64,000 bases of DNA from a virus (lineage: Duplodnaviria; Heunggongvirae; Uroviricota; Caudoviricetes): IMG/VR virus record IMGVR_UViG_3300021431_002946, positions 161,291-225,290 of that record; one strand, written 5' to 3'. Each line of letters starts with the position of its first letter. The first letter of the stretch is position 1. A program made the translations under genes and the position numbers. Of this stretch, positions 11,023-21,365 are shown in pieces. The notes under the pieces were generated by a model, which was not told the DNA's origin, did not search any database, and was given only the letters and a program-made list of their open reading frames with translations.

Positions 11023-11334
11023 ATGACAAAAATAAATTTACCTGAAGATTTTGTTAGATTTAAAGAAATTGATGAACAAATTAACGATACAAAAATAACT
11101 GGATTTAGATATAAAGATTTTGTTACAATTGCAATATATCAAAATGTAAATCATGTAACTTTAAAGTTTAAATTATTTAATACAGATTTATATAATAAAA
11201 TGGAATATGATGATCAACGAACTTATTCAAGATTTATTAGAATAAATAATGATACTTGTAATGTTAATAAAGCTCAAGTTGCAAAAATTGTTGAAATGTG
11301 CGAATATTTATATGATAAATATAAAGGAGAATAA
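11023..11334 (+). CDS. hypothetical protein
   Basis: ORF with SD. Confidence 0.55.
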   Translation: MTKINLPEDFVRFKEIDEQINDTKITGFRYKDFVTIAIYQNVNHVTLKFKLFNTDLYNKMEYDDQRTYSRFIRINNDTCNVNKAQVAKIVEMCEYLYDKYKGE

Positions 11335-11337
11335 TAC

Positions 11338-12120
11338 ATGACTGCTGAACAAAAAGAAAATTTAGAATTCTTTTTTAAATATACTTTTCCAATAAAAATA
11401 GAAACTTTTTATACTTATACTTATAAAAAAGGTATTCAAATAGAGCTTAAAAATATAAAAATGTTATCAGATTCTTGTTTTTGTGAATATGCTGCAAATA
11501 ATAAATCATTTTTTGTTTCATTTTATAAACATTATAGTGATTGTTTATTTGATATATCTAAAACAGAAAATTCTACTGCAAAACATTTACATATTCAAGA
11601 CATAGGAATAAATGAGCTTTTAGATAATCCTATTTTATTAGATAATTTTTTAGATACAACTTTAGATAGTGAATTTGGTAAATGGTTTAATGCAAGTATT
11701 TTACAAGAAGAAATAGCTGACATAAAATTAAAACATTTTACTCCTGATAATGTATTTAGATTATATAAACAACCAGGTTCTAGTAGTGTAAGATCTTTAG
11801 GAATAATATATAAAAATTATGAATTTCAATTAGATTTTACAAACGATAAATTTAAAATTTTATATTTTGAAAGTCAAGACGATATAAAAGATATTTTACA
11901 GTCACAAAAACAAATAACTTTATCTCCTTATGGAAGTCAAAGTTATAAAGATCAAAATTATATTTATTATCAAATTAAAAAAGGAAGAGTAGGCAAAAAA
12001 GAATTTGCGCAACTTACTTTATATGGATATAAAGTATATGTAGATGTTAATACATTAAGTAATTATATCTATGAAAATCCTGATTTAATTAAAAAATATA
12101 AAATTGTTACTGAAAAATAA
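11338..12120 (+). CDS. hypothetical protein
   Basis: ORF with SD. Confidence 0.6.
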   Translation: MTAEQKENLEFFFKYTFPIKIETFYTYTYKKGIQIELKNIKMLSDSCFCEYAANNKSFFVSFYKHYSDCLFDISKTENSTAKHLHIQDIGINELLDNPILLDNFLDTTLDSEFGKWFNASILQEEIADIKLKHFTPDNVFRLYKQPGSSSVRSLGIIYKNYEFQLDFTNDKFKILYFESQDDIKDILQSQKQITLSPYGSQSYKDQNYIYYQIKKGRVGKKEFAQLTLYGYKVYVDVNTLSNYIYENPDLIKKYKIVTEK

Positions 12121-12126
12121 AAATTA

Positions 12127-12155
12127 TTTACAATATTTAATATTAAGTATATAAT
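12127..12155 (+). promoter_or_regulatory. sigmaA-type promoter; probably leaderless mRNA for 12162
   Basis: TTTACA-N17-TATAAT, ATG 6 nt downstream, no SD. Confidence 0.6.
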
Positions 12156-12161
12156 AAATAT

Positions 12162-13058
12162 ATGAATAATTTTATTATGTTAGTCGGAATACCTGGTTGT
12201 GGAAAGTCTACTTTGACAGAAAAGTTGGCTTCTGAAGGTTATGCAATTCATTCATCTGATGCACTTAGAAATGAACTTAATATGCATGAAGGTTCTCAGT
12301 GCGCATATATTTTTAATTTAATGCATAATAACATTAAAGCTGATATGGAAGCTGGAAAGAATATTGTATATGACGCAACTAATCTTTCTAGAGGTAGAAG
12401 AATTTCATATCTTGAATCAATAAAGAAGTATAATTATAAAAAGATTTGTTATCTTTTTATAGTTCCTGTTGATGTATGCATGGAAAGAAATGCAAAGAGA
12501 ACAGGTTATGCTAGAGTTCCTGATGAAGTATATGATAGAATGTTAAGAGATTTTGATGTACCTATGTATGAAGAAGGATGGGATGAAATAGTTCCTATTC
12601 TTTATGATGGAGAAGTAAATCTTGATTTTGGTAATCTTGATGAATTTTCTCAGAATAGACATCATTCATTATCATTAGGTATGCATATGAAGACGTCTGC
12701 TAATTATCTTAAAGAAAAGAATGCACCGCAGTATCTTATTGATATGGCAAATATGCATGATATTGGTAAGTTTTATACTAAGAAATTTGAGAACTATAAA
12801 GGTGAATCTACAGAACATGCTCATTTTTATGGTCATGAACATTATGGCGCATATATTTATTTAGTATATTGGATGAAGAAAAAAGATAGATCTTTTGAAG
12901 AAGCTTTGTATATTGCGCAACTTATCAATTGGCATATGGTTCATTTTCTTAGATGGAATAAAAATCCTAAATTGTTAGAAAAAGATAAAAAATTTATATC
13001 AGAAAAATTTTACAATGATTTATGTCTCTTCCATGAAGCTGATTTATACGCGCATTAA
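12162..13058 (+). CDS. polynucleotide kinase-like (AAA_33) plus HD-domain protein
   Basis: Walker A GIPGCGKS, YDATN..R, HDIGK, GHE, HEAD. Confidence 0.85.
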   Translation: MNNFIMLVGIPGCGKSTLTEKLASEGYAIHSSDALRNELNMHEGSQCAYIFNLMHNNIKADMEAGKNIVYDATNLSRGRRISYLESIKKYNYKKICYLFIVPVDVCMERNAKRTGYARVPDEVYDRMLRDFDVPMYEEGWDEIVPILYDGEVNLDFGNLDEFSQNRHHSLSLGMHMKTSANYLKEKNAPQYLIDMANMHDIGKFYTKKFENYKGESTEHAHFYGHEHYGAYIYLVYWMKKKDRSFEEALYIAQLINWHMVHFLRWNKNPKLLEKDKKFISEKFYNDLCLFHEADLYAH

Positions 13059-13086
13059 GGATTCAACAATATGTTGAGTCCTTTTT
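13057..13086 (+). terminator. intrinsic terminator
   Basis: aaggattcaaca...tgttgagtcctt followed by T tract. Confidence 0.7.
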
Positions 13087-13101
13087 ATTATAGGAGGAAT
13101 T

Positions 13102-13356
13102 ATGAAGACTTGTTATTTTGACGATTTAATAGCATTAATGTATCGTTATAATGGCACTGTACATGGTATTTTACATTATTTTTATTTATTTAAAAATGAA
13201 ATAAATGAATCAAATTTAATATTTAAAGGTAGTATAGCTGAATTAATGGACTCAATTAATCCAAAAAATTCTGAAATATTTTATTATACAGTTACAGGTG
13301 AAATTAAAGAATGGTTTATTGAAGATAATAAAGTAGTCGTTGTATTAGTTAGATAA
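13102..13356 (+). CDS. hypothetical protein
   Basis: ORF with AGGAGG. Confidence 0.55.
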   Translation: MKTCYFDDLIALMYRYNGTVHGILHYFYLFKNEINESNLIFKGSIAELMDSINPKNSEIFYYTVTGEIKEWFIEDNKVVVVLVR

Positions 13357-13366
13357 GGAGAAAAGT

Positions 13367-13651
13367 ATGTATTATATTTATAATATGTGGTCTTTACCAC
13401 ACAAAGAAATTGGAGAATATTATACTGAAGCTGAAATAAATAAAATAACGATTAAAGAATGGCCAGAATATGATCCAAAATCTGATGAGCCTTGGCCTTT
13501 ACCAGATAATGGTAATGAGTGTTGGTGGCCTGCGTATAAATTTAATGATTTTAGTACAAATCCAGGTAATTTTGCAAATATTGAAGAAGCAAAACAAGCT
13601 ATACTAGAAAATTGTAATCAAAATTTATATGAAAAATATAATAATTGTTAA
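13367..13651 (+). CDS. hypothetical protein
   Basis: ORF with SD. Confidence 0.55.
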   Translation: MYYIYNMWSLPHKEIGEYYTEAEINKITIKEWPEYDPKSDEPWPLPDNGNECWWPAYKFNDFSTNPGNFANIEEAKQAILENCNQNLYEKYNNC

Positions 13652-13720
13652 AAGGTTATTTAAATATAATAGAATGGAAAATGTAAAATGACTTGCTCTA
13701 TATTGAGTAGGTCATTTTCT
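13650..13720 (+). promoter_or_regulatory. motif-plus-hairpin cassette A
   Basis: aaaaggttatttaaatataatagaatgga then aaaatgacttgctc/gagtaggtcatttt hairpin. Confidence 0.65.
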
Positions 13721-13743
13721 TTAATTTATAAAGGAGAATTTAT

Positions 13744-13989
13744 ATGCATAAATTAACAGCTAAAGACGTAGATAAGTTAAATCTTGCATTACCTAAAGAT
13801 GTAGCATTTAAAACTAGATATTATGGTAATGGAGAAGTAGAAATTATTTTAAAAGATTCTACTGGTATAAGAAATACATCTAAAATATATATTGAAAATG
13901 AATATATGAATTGGATAGATAAATATATGTATGATAATTATAGAGCGCAAGTATTTTGGAATAATGGAAATGTTTTTCATCTTGAATAA
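13744..13989 (+). CDS. hypothetical protein, paralog of 25614
   Basis: LKDSTGIRNTSKIYI vs LKDYTGLRDTMTVYV. Confidence 0.6.
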   Translation: MHKLTAKDVDKLNLALPKDVAFKTRYYGNGEVEIILKDSTGIRNTSKIYIENEYMNWIDKYMYDNYRAQVFWNNGNVFHLE

Positions 13990-14004
13990 TAAAGGAGAAT
14001 AATT

Positions 14005-14550
14005 ATGTTTAGAATAAGACACTGTATATTTGAAACTAATAGTTCATCAAATGATTATTATCGAGACGATCGTCGTTCAAATGATGATCTATATGATGAT
14101 CTTCCAAAATATAGTCATGGTATGCAAAAAGTACATATTGCAATAAAATTTAAAGATAATATGACTGAAGAAGATCATAAAGAAGTAGAAAGTTTATTAA
14201 ATAATTTTGATGATGTAATTGAACCAATTGTTGATTCATTTTTAGGTATATATGATAGATTTGATCCTGAAGATTATTATTTTGATTCATTAACTGAAGA
14301 TGAAATAATATTAAAAGTTGATTGTGAAGTTGGACTTCATTATTTTTATGATGATTATATGGAAGTTGAATATGATTATCTTAATGGTATACCTTTAAAA
14401 GGAGAAAAATTTACTGATAAACCCAAGTATATCCAGAAGCTCCAGGATGTATTCAAGCGTGTAGGACTAAATAATTTTATAGTAGAGATTACAGATTTCT
14501 ATGGTGAAGATCCTGATTACGATGAAGTATATGATAATATTAACTGGTAA
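14005..14550 (+). CDS. ETNSSS-motif hypothetical protein
   Basis: IRHCIFETNSSS. Confidence 0.65.
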   Translation: MFRIRHCIFETNSSSNDYYRDDRRSNDDLYDDLPKYSHGMQKVHIAIKFKDNMTEEDHKEVESLLNNFDDVIEPIVDSFLGIYDRFDPEDYYFDSLTEDEIILKVDCEVGLHYFYDDYMEVEYDYLNGIPLKGEKFTDKPKYIQKLQDVFKRVGLNNFIVEITDFYGEDPDYDEVYDNINW

Positions 14551-14564
14551 GGAGAAATATAAAA

Positions 14565-14996
14565 ATGTCTAATATAGAATATGAAAAATTACCAGATTTT
14601 ATAAAAAACTTATTTAATGAACAAGAATTATCAGGAACAAATAAAATTTATGAAAATTTAGATGTTATAAATTTACCGGATAAAATATATGATAAAATAA
14701 ATGAAGAAGTATATAATAAATCTGAATATTATAAATTAATAAATTCTAATGGTTTTGATGGTCCGTCTGAAGATACTATTTTAACAATGATACGATCTTT
14801 TGATGGTAAAAATACTATTAAAATTTATGGTAAATTAAGATTTTGTATTTCTGGAAATGATAATACAACTAAATTATTAAATGAATTAAGTTCTTATAAA
14901 AATGGTATTTTTTCTATAACAAATGCATATGAATCAGAACCACTTACTGAAGATATATGGATTATTTGTGAATATCAATTAATTTATAAAATATAA
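14565..14996 (+). CDS. hypothetical protein
   Basis: ORF with SD. Confidence 0.6.
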   Translation: MSNIEYEKLPDFIKNLFNEQELSGTNKIYENLDVINLPDKIYDKINEEVYNKSEYYKLINSNGFDGPSEDTILTMIRSFDGKNTIKIYGKLRFCISGNDNTTKLLNELSSYKNGIFSITNAYESEPLTEDIWIICEYQLIYKI

Positions 14997-15007
14997 GGAG
15001 ATTAATT

Positions 15008-15523
15008 ATGCTTAGATATGGTTTTTATATTACGTTGCACACATGCGAACCAAATATAGATGAAAATAATAAAAATTTAGAAGAAACTGAAGTATTTTAT
15101 CCATATGAAAATAAACGTTATAAAATGAAGAAATTTTCTTCTGCAGATGCAGCAAATGAATTTTATATTGATTATTTATCAAGAGAATTTAATCATTTAT
15201 TATATGATTTAATAAAAGAACATTTTGAAGTTGAAAATGATCATATTGATTTTCATGTAAATGCACCAGAACCTGAAGATTGGGCTAAGGGACCAGATGG
15301 AGTTGATGTTACTATCTCAATTTATTATGAAGGTGTAATAAATGTATATTTAACAAATTCAGAAACTGGAGAAGAAATTAAAGATAGAGATCAACTTCTT
15401 GAAGAATGTTATGGAAATGAAGATTGGTTATTTGATTCATTTAGGAAACAGCTCAATACTTTATTTGAAAAAACAATAAAAGGTAAAGAAGGTATTGTAG
15501 GAATTAGTTTTGACGTAACATAA
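15008..15523 (+). CDS. hypothetical protein
   Basis: ORF with SD. Confidence 0.6.
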   Translation: MLRYGFYITLHTCEPNIDENNKNLEETEVFYPYENKRYKMKKFSSADAANEFYIDYLSREFNHLLYDLIKEHFEVENDHIDFHVNAPEPEDWAKGPDGVDVTISIYYEGVINVYLTNSETGEEIKDRDQLLEECYGNEDWLFDSFRKQLNTLFEKTIKGKEGIVGISFDVT

Positions 15524-15592
15524 TTTTATTATACTTTTTTATAAAAATGAAGTATAATTTATATTATAATAATTAATTGAGGAGAAATTATT

Positions 15593-15925
15593 ATGCAAAA
15601 GATGAAGTGGAGTGAAGCTCTTGAATATTTAAGAGAATATAATAGAAAATATGGTTTTAGACAAGGAAATACACCTAATAAATATTGTGTTATGGTAGCA
15701 GTATTAAAACCAGAAGCTATGATTGATGAAAATGCAGATGAAGATCATAGAACATATACATTTAATAATAATAATAAAGCTGTACTTGATGGTATGCTTG
15801 GTTATTCAATTTTTGCAACTAATAAAGGAACTAAAGGTTGTGAAAGAATTGAGCATCTTATGGATAAAGATGTAGAATATTGTTATGTTAAGTCTGAAGA
15901 TATAGAAGATGATACAATTGATTAA
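15593..15925 (+). CDS. hypothetical protein
   Basis: ORF with SD. Confidence 0.6.
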   Translation: MQKMKWSEALEYLREYNRKYGFRQGNTPNKYCVMVAVLKPEAMIDENADEDHRTYTFNNNNKAVLDGMLGYSIFATNKGTKGCERIEHLMDKDVEYCYVKSEDIEDDTID

Positions 15926-16065
15926 TAATTTGAATAAATAGTTATGATTTAATAAAGAAGCACATTAGGTAGCTAAAAATTTCAAAATTCTGCTTAAATA
16001 ACAATTTACATTTAATTTATAATAGATAATATTAATTAAAAATAATAAGAAAGGAAATTATTAAA

Positions 16066-16560
16066 ATGGAAGAAGAAATCAAGAAAGTAAATGGAACTTG
16101 GCAAGGAATACCTTGTAACATTAAAGTTGTATGGGGTAAGAATGACAATTGGGAAGGTCATGAATTTACTGCAGAGGAAAGAACAGCATTATTTAATGAT
16201 GAAGTAATTGAATTTGATGCAGTTTCTAAAGCAGGTAAACCTTATAAAGCAAAAGGTAAGCTTGAAAAGCAAAAGTTTACTGATAAAGATGGAAATGAAC
16301 ATGAATATGTTGGATTTAAACTTTTAATTGATGAAAAGTTCACTTGTAAATATGGTGGTAAAGAAGTTTTAATAAATAGAAAATGGGGAAATCATTATTT
16401 TACGGATGAAGAAATAAATATTCTTAAAGATGGTGGAACTATCTCATTTGAAACTGTTTCTAAGACCAAGGGTACTAAATATACTGCAAAAGGAAAGATT
16501 GCAGAACAAAAGAGAGATGATGGTAGTACTTATATTGGTTTCATGCCAATCTTCGATTAA
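16066..16560 (+). CDS. stand-alone tandem repeat protein resembling type IA topoisomerase C-terminal repeats
   Basis: two repeats W..H.FT.EE...L.....I.F..VSK..G..Y.AKGK...YxGF. Confidence 0.6.
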   Translation: MEEEIKKVNGTWQGIPCNIKVVWGKNDNWEGHEFTAEERTALFNDEVIEFDAVSKAGKPYKAKGKLEKQKFTDKDGNEHEYVGFKLLIDEKFTCKYGGKEVLINRKWGNHYFTDEEINILKDGGTISFETVSKTKGTKYTAKGKIAEQKRDDGSTYIGFMPIFD

Positions 16561-16570
16561 GGAGTAAAAA

Positions 16571-16795
16571 ATGTTTTACAAATTAGTACAAAGTACAGAT
16601 TTTGATGCATTAGAGGGAACTGTAATGATGACTGCAAAAGAGATTGTTGCTGTAACTGCTGCAGATTCAAAAAAAGATGCACAAATGATATTTGAATTTA
16701 TGAAAAGAAAAGGACTTATATATTTTAGTAGTGGAGCAGTCAATGTTGAAGAAGCTACTAGAGAAGAGTTCGAACATTACGTAACAAATAATTAA
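16571..16795 (+). CDS. hypothetical protein
   Basis: ORF with SD. Confidence 0.55.
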   Translation: MFYKLVQSTDFDALEGTVMMTAKEIVAVTAADSKKDAQMIFEFMKRKGLIYFSSGAVNVEEATREEFEHYVTNN

Positions 16796-16804
16796 TATTT
16801 CACT

Positions 16805-16870
16805 AAAAGACTATTTAATTATATAGAATGGACGTTATAAATGCTTAGTTATATTGACTAAGCATTTTTT
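16805..16870 (+). promoter_or_regulatory. motif-plus-hairpin cassette B
   Basis: aaaagactatttaattatatagaatgga then aaatgcttagtt/gactaagcattttt. Confidence 0.65.
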
Positions 16871-16894
16871 ATTATATATAAAAGGAGAATAAAA

Positions 16895-17170
16895 ATGGTA
16901 AGTGGAACAAAAATATATTATGGTGTTGGACAAATATTTGAAGATGGTACAATAAAAGATATAGAGCATTTAAAGTTCTTTGAATTTTATTCTGAAGCTG
17001 AATATTATTGTGCTAAACAAATGGCAGATTATGGTTGGACTTTTGCTAAATCACCATATTTAGCAATTTTTACATATATTGATGGAAGAATTATTGAAGC
17101 AAACTATGTAAAATTTACTAAAAAAGATTTAAATATACCATTTAATCCAAAGTATATTAATGTAAGATAA
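16895..17170 (+). CDS. hypothetical protein
   Basis: ORF with SD. Confidence 0.55.
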   Translation: MVSGTKIYYGVGQIFEDGTIKDIEHLKFFEFYSEAEYYCAKQMADYGWTFAKSPYLAIFTYIDGRIIEANYVKFTKKDLNIPFNPKYINVR

Positions 17171-17198
17171 AAATAAAAAAATGAAAGGAATTTGAAAA

Positions 17199-17375
17199 AT
17201 GAATATTAAATTAGATCGTAAGAAAACTGATGATGAATTAGATATGGAAGCATTAGAAAAAGATATATTTTTATTTGATTATTTAGATCGAATTGAAAAA
17301 GATTTATTATCTGATAAAGAAAAGAAAGAAAGAGAAGATTTTTATAAAGCATTAGGTTTTGCGATAAAGAAGTAA
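17199..17375 (+). CDS. small charged protein (58 aa, not in ORF track)
   Basis: MNIKLDRKKTDD...; SD GAAAGGA; positional counterpart of 33947. Confidence 0.55.
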   Translation: MNIKLDRKKTDDELDMEALEKDIFLFDYLDRIEKDLLSDKEKKEREDFYKALGFAIKK

Positions 17376-17389
17376 AAGGAGTTTAGAAA

Positions 17390-18463
17390 ATGAGTGTTAT
17401 GATTACTTTGCCTAAAAGTGGCGAGCATATTACTTTAGTATCACTTAAATCTGGAGATAGAGATAATGGAAATGCAATTGCAGGTTATCAGAAAAATCCT
17501 GAAAATGCGGAAGCTGCAATTGAAACAATGAAAAAAGATACAAATCTTATTGTTGATCTTGTAACTGCAATTTTTAGAGAAAATATTGGTGAAGGTGAAA
17601 GAGATAATATTATCAATTACCTTACATTATTAGATGCTTGGAAAAAGATTACAAATAATGATGGTGGACAATTAAAAGGTACATCAACAAATGATCTGTT
17701 TTTCTCAGTTTGGGTTAACTATACATGTTGTTCAAAAAAGTTTGATAATGTTAAAAAGATTAGTTCTTATCAAGCTTTAAGAGATGCAAGAGTTCTTTGT
17801 GGATTAGATGAACATGCTGAATTAAATTATCAAGATTATATGGTAAGTTGTGAAGCATTATCAGGTGAAACATTAGATTTTATTGCTGCAAATAATGATT
17901 ATTCAGTTAAATTCTTAATTAAAGTACCAGTAGTTAAAGTACCTACATTACTTGGAGATAAATTTAGAATTTCTAGTGATAAAGCAAAAGGTTTCTTATA
18001 TCCAAATGCAGATACTGAATATGAAGCAGTTATACCTTCTGCTGAACTTATGCATATGATTGAAGAAAATCTTAAAGATAGAAAAAGAGTAAGATTTACT
18101 TCAGAAGAAGCAAAAAAATCATTACAAGAATATGTTAATACAGAAGATGTTCATATTGAAGAAATTCTTAATGTTAATAGTTTTCTTAATATTGGCACAT
18201 TAACTTCTAAAAATGGTTTATCTCAAGACGCATTAAGTATTTCTGATGCACAAGTTACAATTAATAAAGCTGGTGTATTTTTTAAACCTCATAATGAAAA
18301 TGATGTTAGTGGTAAGAATGATATTTTTGATGAAAAGAATGGTTCTATTGCAGGTGTTACATTAAATCAAAGAAGTGAGATAACATATACATTAGATTCT
18401 GCAAAATTATATATTGTTAAACTTACTGGTTCTAACGGAATGGACGTAAGAAGTCCTCAATAA
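17390..18463 (+). CDS. hypothetical protein, paralog of 34213
   Basis: shared NDLFF...VN(Y/H)T, KI.SY.AL, RVRFT motifs. Confidence 0.7.
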   Translation: MSVMITLPKSGEHITLVSLKSGDRDNGNAIAGYQKNPENAEAAIETMKKDTNLIVDLVTAIFRENIGEGERDNIINYLTLLDAWKKITNNDGGQLKGTSTNDLFFSVWVNYTCCSKKFDNVKKISSYQALRDARVLCGLDEHAELNYQDYMVSCEALSGETLDFIAANNDYSVKFLIKVPVVKVPTLLGDKFRISSDKAKGFLYPNADTEYEAVIPSAELMHMIEENLKDRKRVRFTSEEAKKSLQEYVNTEDVHIEEILNVNSFLNIGTLTSKNGLSQDALSISDAQVTINKAGVFFKPHNENDVSGKNDIFDEKNGSIAGVTLNQRSEITYTLDSAKLYIVKLTGSNGMDVRSPQ

Positions 18464-18477
18464 TAGGAGGAGGTATT

Positions 18478-18840
18478 ATGGCTAAATTAACAATTAATAA
18501 AATGACATATGAAATATGTCATACTCAAACAACTAGTCTTAAATGTAATATTAAAGAATTAATTACAGATAATAATAAAATATTTAAAAATTTTATGATC
18601 TTTATTACATTAAAAACTTCAGAAGATATTAAAGAAATTAAATCAATTGAATATCTTGAAGATGCAGATGTTGTTATTATAAATGATAAAAAATATTTTA
18701 TCTATTGTTTTAATACATTGCATTTACCTTCTGATATGATTAGAACATTAAAGTATGTTTTAAATGTAGAAACAGAACAGAATGTAGAGAAAGAACTTAA
18801 AAAGGCAATATTTGAATATATAAATAATAAAGGAGAATGA
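18478..18840 (+). CDS. hypothetical protein
   Basis: ORF with AGGAGG. Confidence 0.55.
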   Translation: MAKLTINKMTYEICHTQTTSLKCNIKELITDNNKIFKNFMIFITLKTSEDIKEIKSIEYLEDADVVIINDKKYFIYCFNTLHLPSDMIRTLKYVLNVETEQNVEKELKKAIFEYINNKGE

Positions 18841-18841
18841 C

Positions 18842-19252
18842 ATGTTACAACCAATAGAAAATGGTGATTATCTTGATCAAAAGATAACTCAATATTCTAC
18901 AATTGGAGACTATGAAATTCAGAATAATGATATAGTTGCTATATTTATGGATTCTGTGGCTCCAAATAATTTTATTGCTAAATTTCAATTTGTACATTTA
19001 TGTAATTTAGTTAAGCAATTAGCATATAATCATGGTATTAAATATCAAGTTAAGATTATTAGAGAAGCAACTGAAGATGATGGTAATCTTTTTCCTATTT
19101 ATGCAAAAGACAGAATTGAAAAGAGATTTGGTTTAGTTGTAGTTATTGGTAATTGTAGTGAACAAGCTTTAGATTATTTGAAAAATGATGAAAATGCAAT
19201 GAATGAACATCAAGTTGCGCCTGGTTCTGGTGTATTTAGAAAAATACAATAA
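18842..19252 (+). CDS. hypothetical protein
   Basis: ORF with SD. Confidence 0.6.
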   Translation: MLQPIENGDYLDQKITQYSTIGDYEIQNNDIVAIFMDSVAPNNFIAKFQFVHLCNLVKQLAYNHGIKYQVKIIREATEDDGNLFPIYAKDRIEKRFGLVVVIGNCSEQALDYLKNDENAMNEHQVAPGSGVFRKIQ

Positions 19253-19263
19253 GGAGAATAATT

Positions 19264-19953
19264 ATGTATGATTGTGATGTAGATTTTAGTGGTTGTATTG
19301 AACCTCCAAAAGATATTGGAAAATATAAAAAATTTATGATTAGAATATCTGGTTTATATTTTAGTGGAGATGGATTTAGAACTAAGCAAGATATTGATGT
19401 TTGGGAAGCAATTAAATCTGAACTTAAAGACATGATTCCAGATTTTACTGGTTATTTTGGTAAATTAGTTTATGTTAGTAATGGTGGAAATGGTCATTGT
19501 GATACTGTAATTGCAGCTGAGTCTGAATATGAACCATCTAATATATATTTACATCCAGAAAGTTTGTCAGGAATACTTTTAGATGAACATATTGATTTAC
19601 TTTATGATTGGCTTAATAATTATTTTAAGCGTATAAATAGACAAGATTGTTCTGCAACTATTACATATAAAGAAGATACATATCATCTGACTGATACAGA
19701 TTATGCAAATCTTTTATATATTAATTCTGATAAAATTATTGAATATGTTCAGCAATATTTAAATAAGTTAACTCCAAATAAAAAAGAGTCATATCTTAAA
19801 TTTGGATATAACAATATTGGATTTGATTTTGCTAAAACTGGTAGAATTGAAAGAGATTTTTCTAATCATATGGGATATACATCTAGTGATACAGATATTG
19901 TAATAGTTAAAACTATAATTAAAAATGCAATTGATAAAGGAATATTAAAATAA
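19264..19953 (+). CDS. hypothetical protein
   Basis: ORF with SD. Confidence 0.6.
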   Translation: MYDCDVDFSGCIEPPKDIGKYKKFMIRISGLYFSGDGFRTKQDIDVWEAIKSELKDMIPDFTGYFGKLVYVSNGGNGHCDTVIAAESEYEPSNIYLHPESLSGILLDEHIDLLYDWLNNYFKRINRQDCSATITYKEDTYHLTDTDYANLLYINSDKIIEYVQQYLNKLTPNKKESYLKFGYNNIGFDFAKTGRIERDFSNHMGYTSSDTDIVIVKTIIKNAIDKGILK

Positions 19954-19968
19954 AAGAGGATTAAAAAT

Positions 19969-20382
19969 ATGAAGATAACAACTGGTGAAGAATTAAGAAC
20001 TTGGTTAGAAGAAGACGGTGCATATGACTATTATGAAGACGATATTATTAAAGGATATATAATTACTTGTGCAGTACTTGGTGGCCATGAATTTGATGAT
20101 CGTGATGAAATGGACACATATGCAGAAGGTTATATGGCCGCAAAAGATATTTCATTAGAAGATACTAATGGTGTAGAAGATTTAACAGATGAATTGAGTC
20201 AAGAATTTTATGATACAATAGATCCAATAACAGAATTTGTAGATGACCATATAGATGAATGTACTGAACATATAAAAGATAAAACTATTACTAAATATTT
20301 ATCTGATAATGTTGAATTAGGTGACTGTGGAAGTGATGATTATTTTGATTACATTTTGGATAGAATTGATAGTTTAATATAA
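19969..20382 (+). CDS. highly acidic hypothetical protein
   Basis: D/E-rich ORF with SD. Confidence 0.6.
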   Translation: MKITTGEELRTWLEEDGAYDYYEDDIIKGYIITCAVLGGHEFDDRDEMDTYAEGYMAAKDISLEDTNGVEDLTDELSQEFYDTIDPITEFVDDHIDECTEHIKDKTITKYLSDNVELGDCGSDDYFDYILDRIDSLI

Positions 20383-20393
20383 AAGGAGATAAT

Positions 20394-20618
20394 ATGAATA
20401 AAGATCAAAAATTAAAAGATTGGTTTAAAGCAGGTATAGATGAATATGGTTCTAAATCTGATAATGTTGATAAAGCATCATTAGAAATACAGATTAAACC
20501 TGATTCAAATGGAGAATATTCTGTAATAATTAATGGTATTAACTGCCCTCAAGGTAATGAAGAAGGTGGTATTATTACTATTGGTGATTTTATTGATGTT
20601 TTAAATAGATTTTTTTAA
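20394..20618 (+). CDS. hypothetical protein
   Basis: ORF with SD. Confidence 0.55.
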   Translation: MNKDQKLKDWFKAGIDEYGSKSDNVDKASLEIQIKPDSNGEYSVIINGINCPQGNEEGGIITIGDFIDVLNRFF

Positions 20619-20628
20619 GGATAATATT

Positions 20629-20835
20629 ATGGAATTACTTAAAATGGATATAAATGATATTGACATTAATATAAAAGCATTTTTTAATACTGATGGTGAA
20701 TATGATCATTCTGAAATTTATATTTCGCATGATAATGGTCAAGATAAAGAATATTACAAAAGATTTACACAAGTAAAAGAATTACAAGAGTCACTTGGAT
20801 TAATTCTTGCAGAATATATAGATAATCATATTTAA
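20629..20835 (+). CDS. hypothetical protein
   Basis: ORF with SD. Confidence 0.55.
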   Translation: MELLKMDINDIDINIKAFFNTDGEYDHSEIYISHDNGQDKEYYKRFTQVKELQESLGLILAEYIDNHI

Positions 20836-20849
20836 AGGAGAAAAATAAG

Positions 20850-21350
20850 ATGTTAAAAATAGGCCAAGAACTTAATTTAGAAATAATCAATAATGAAATA
20901 AAAAATAATGATCAAACAAAATATATATTTGAATCAGACACAACTTTTCCTGGTGATATAGAAAATCCAGATTGGAAAATTATAGGCAAAGAAAAATTAC
21001 AAAATATGCTTATTAATGAAGGCATGAAATTAAATGAAATAACTGAAGAAGATCTTTATAATAAGTCAACTGAAGAAGTTAATAAATTAACTGAAGATGA
21101 AGCATATAATAAATTATTAAAAATTTGGGTTGGTGAAGAAATTAAATTTACTAATTTTATAACTGACCAAGATTTATCTGGTCTTTTCCATGGTGGTGAA
21201 CGTTTAGGAAAATTTAGAAATACTAAACCTATGACATGCAAAGAATATTGCGATTATATTATTGAAAAGACTAATTGGTTTCAAATATTTGGATATGATG
21301 AAGATTTAGACGCCTTTTTATGTACGACAAAAGTAATTAAAATTATATAA
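20850..21350 (+). CDS. hypothetical protein
   Basis: ORF with SD. Confidence 0.6.
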   Translation: MLKIGQELNLEIINNEIKNNDQTKYIFESDTTFPGDIENPDWKIIGKEKLQNMLINEGMKLNEITEEDLYNKSTEEVNKLTEDEAYNKLLKIWVGEEIKFTNFITDQDLSGLFHGGERLGKFRNTKPMTCKEYCDYIIEKTNWFQIFGYDEDLDAFLCTTKVIKII

Positions 21351-21365
21351 TAAAGGAGAATTTAT

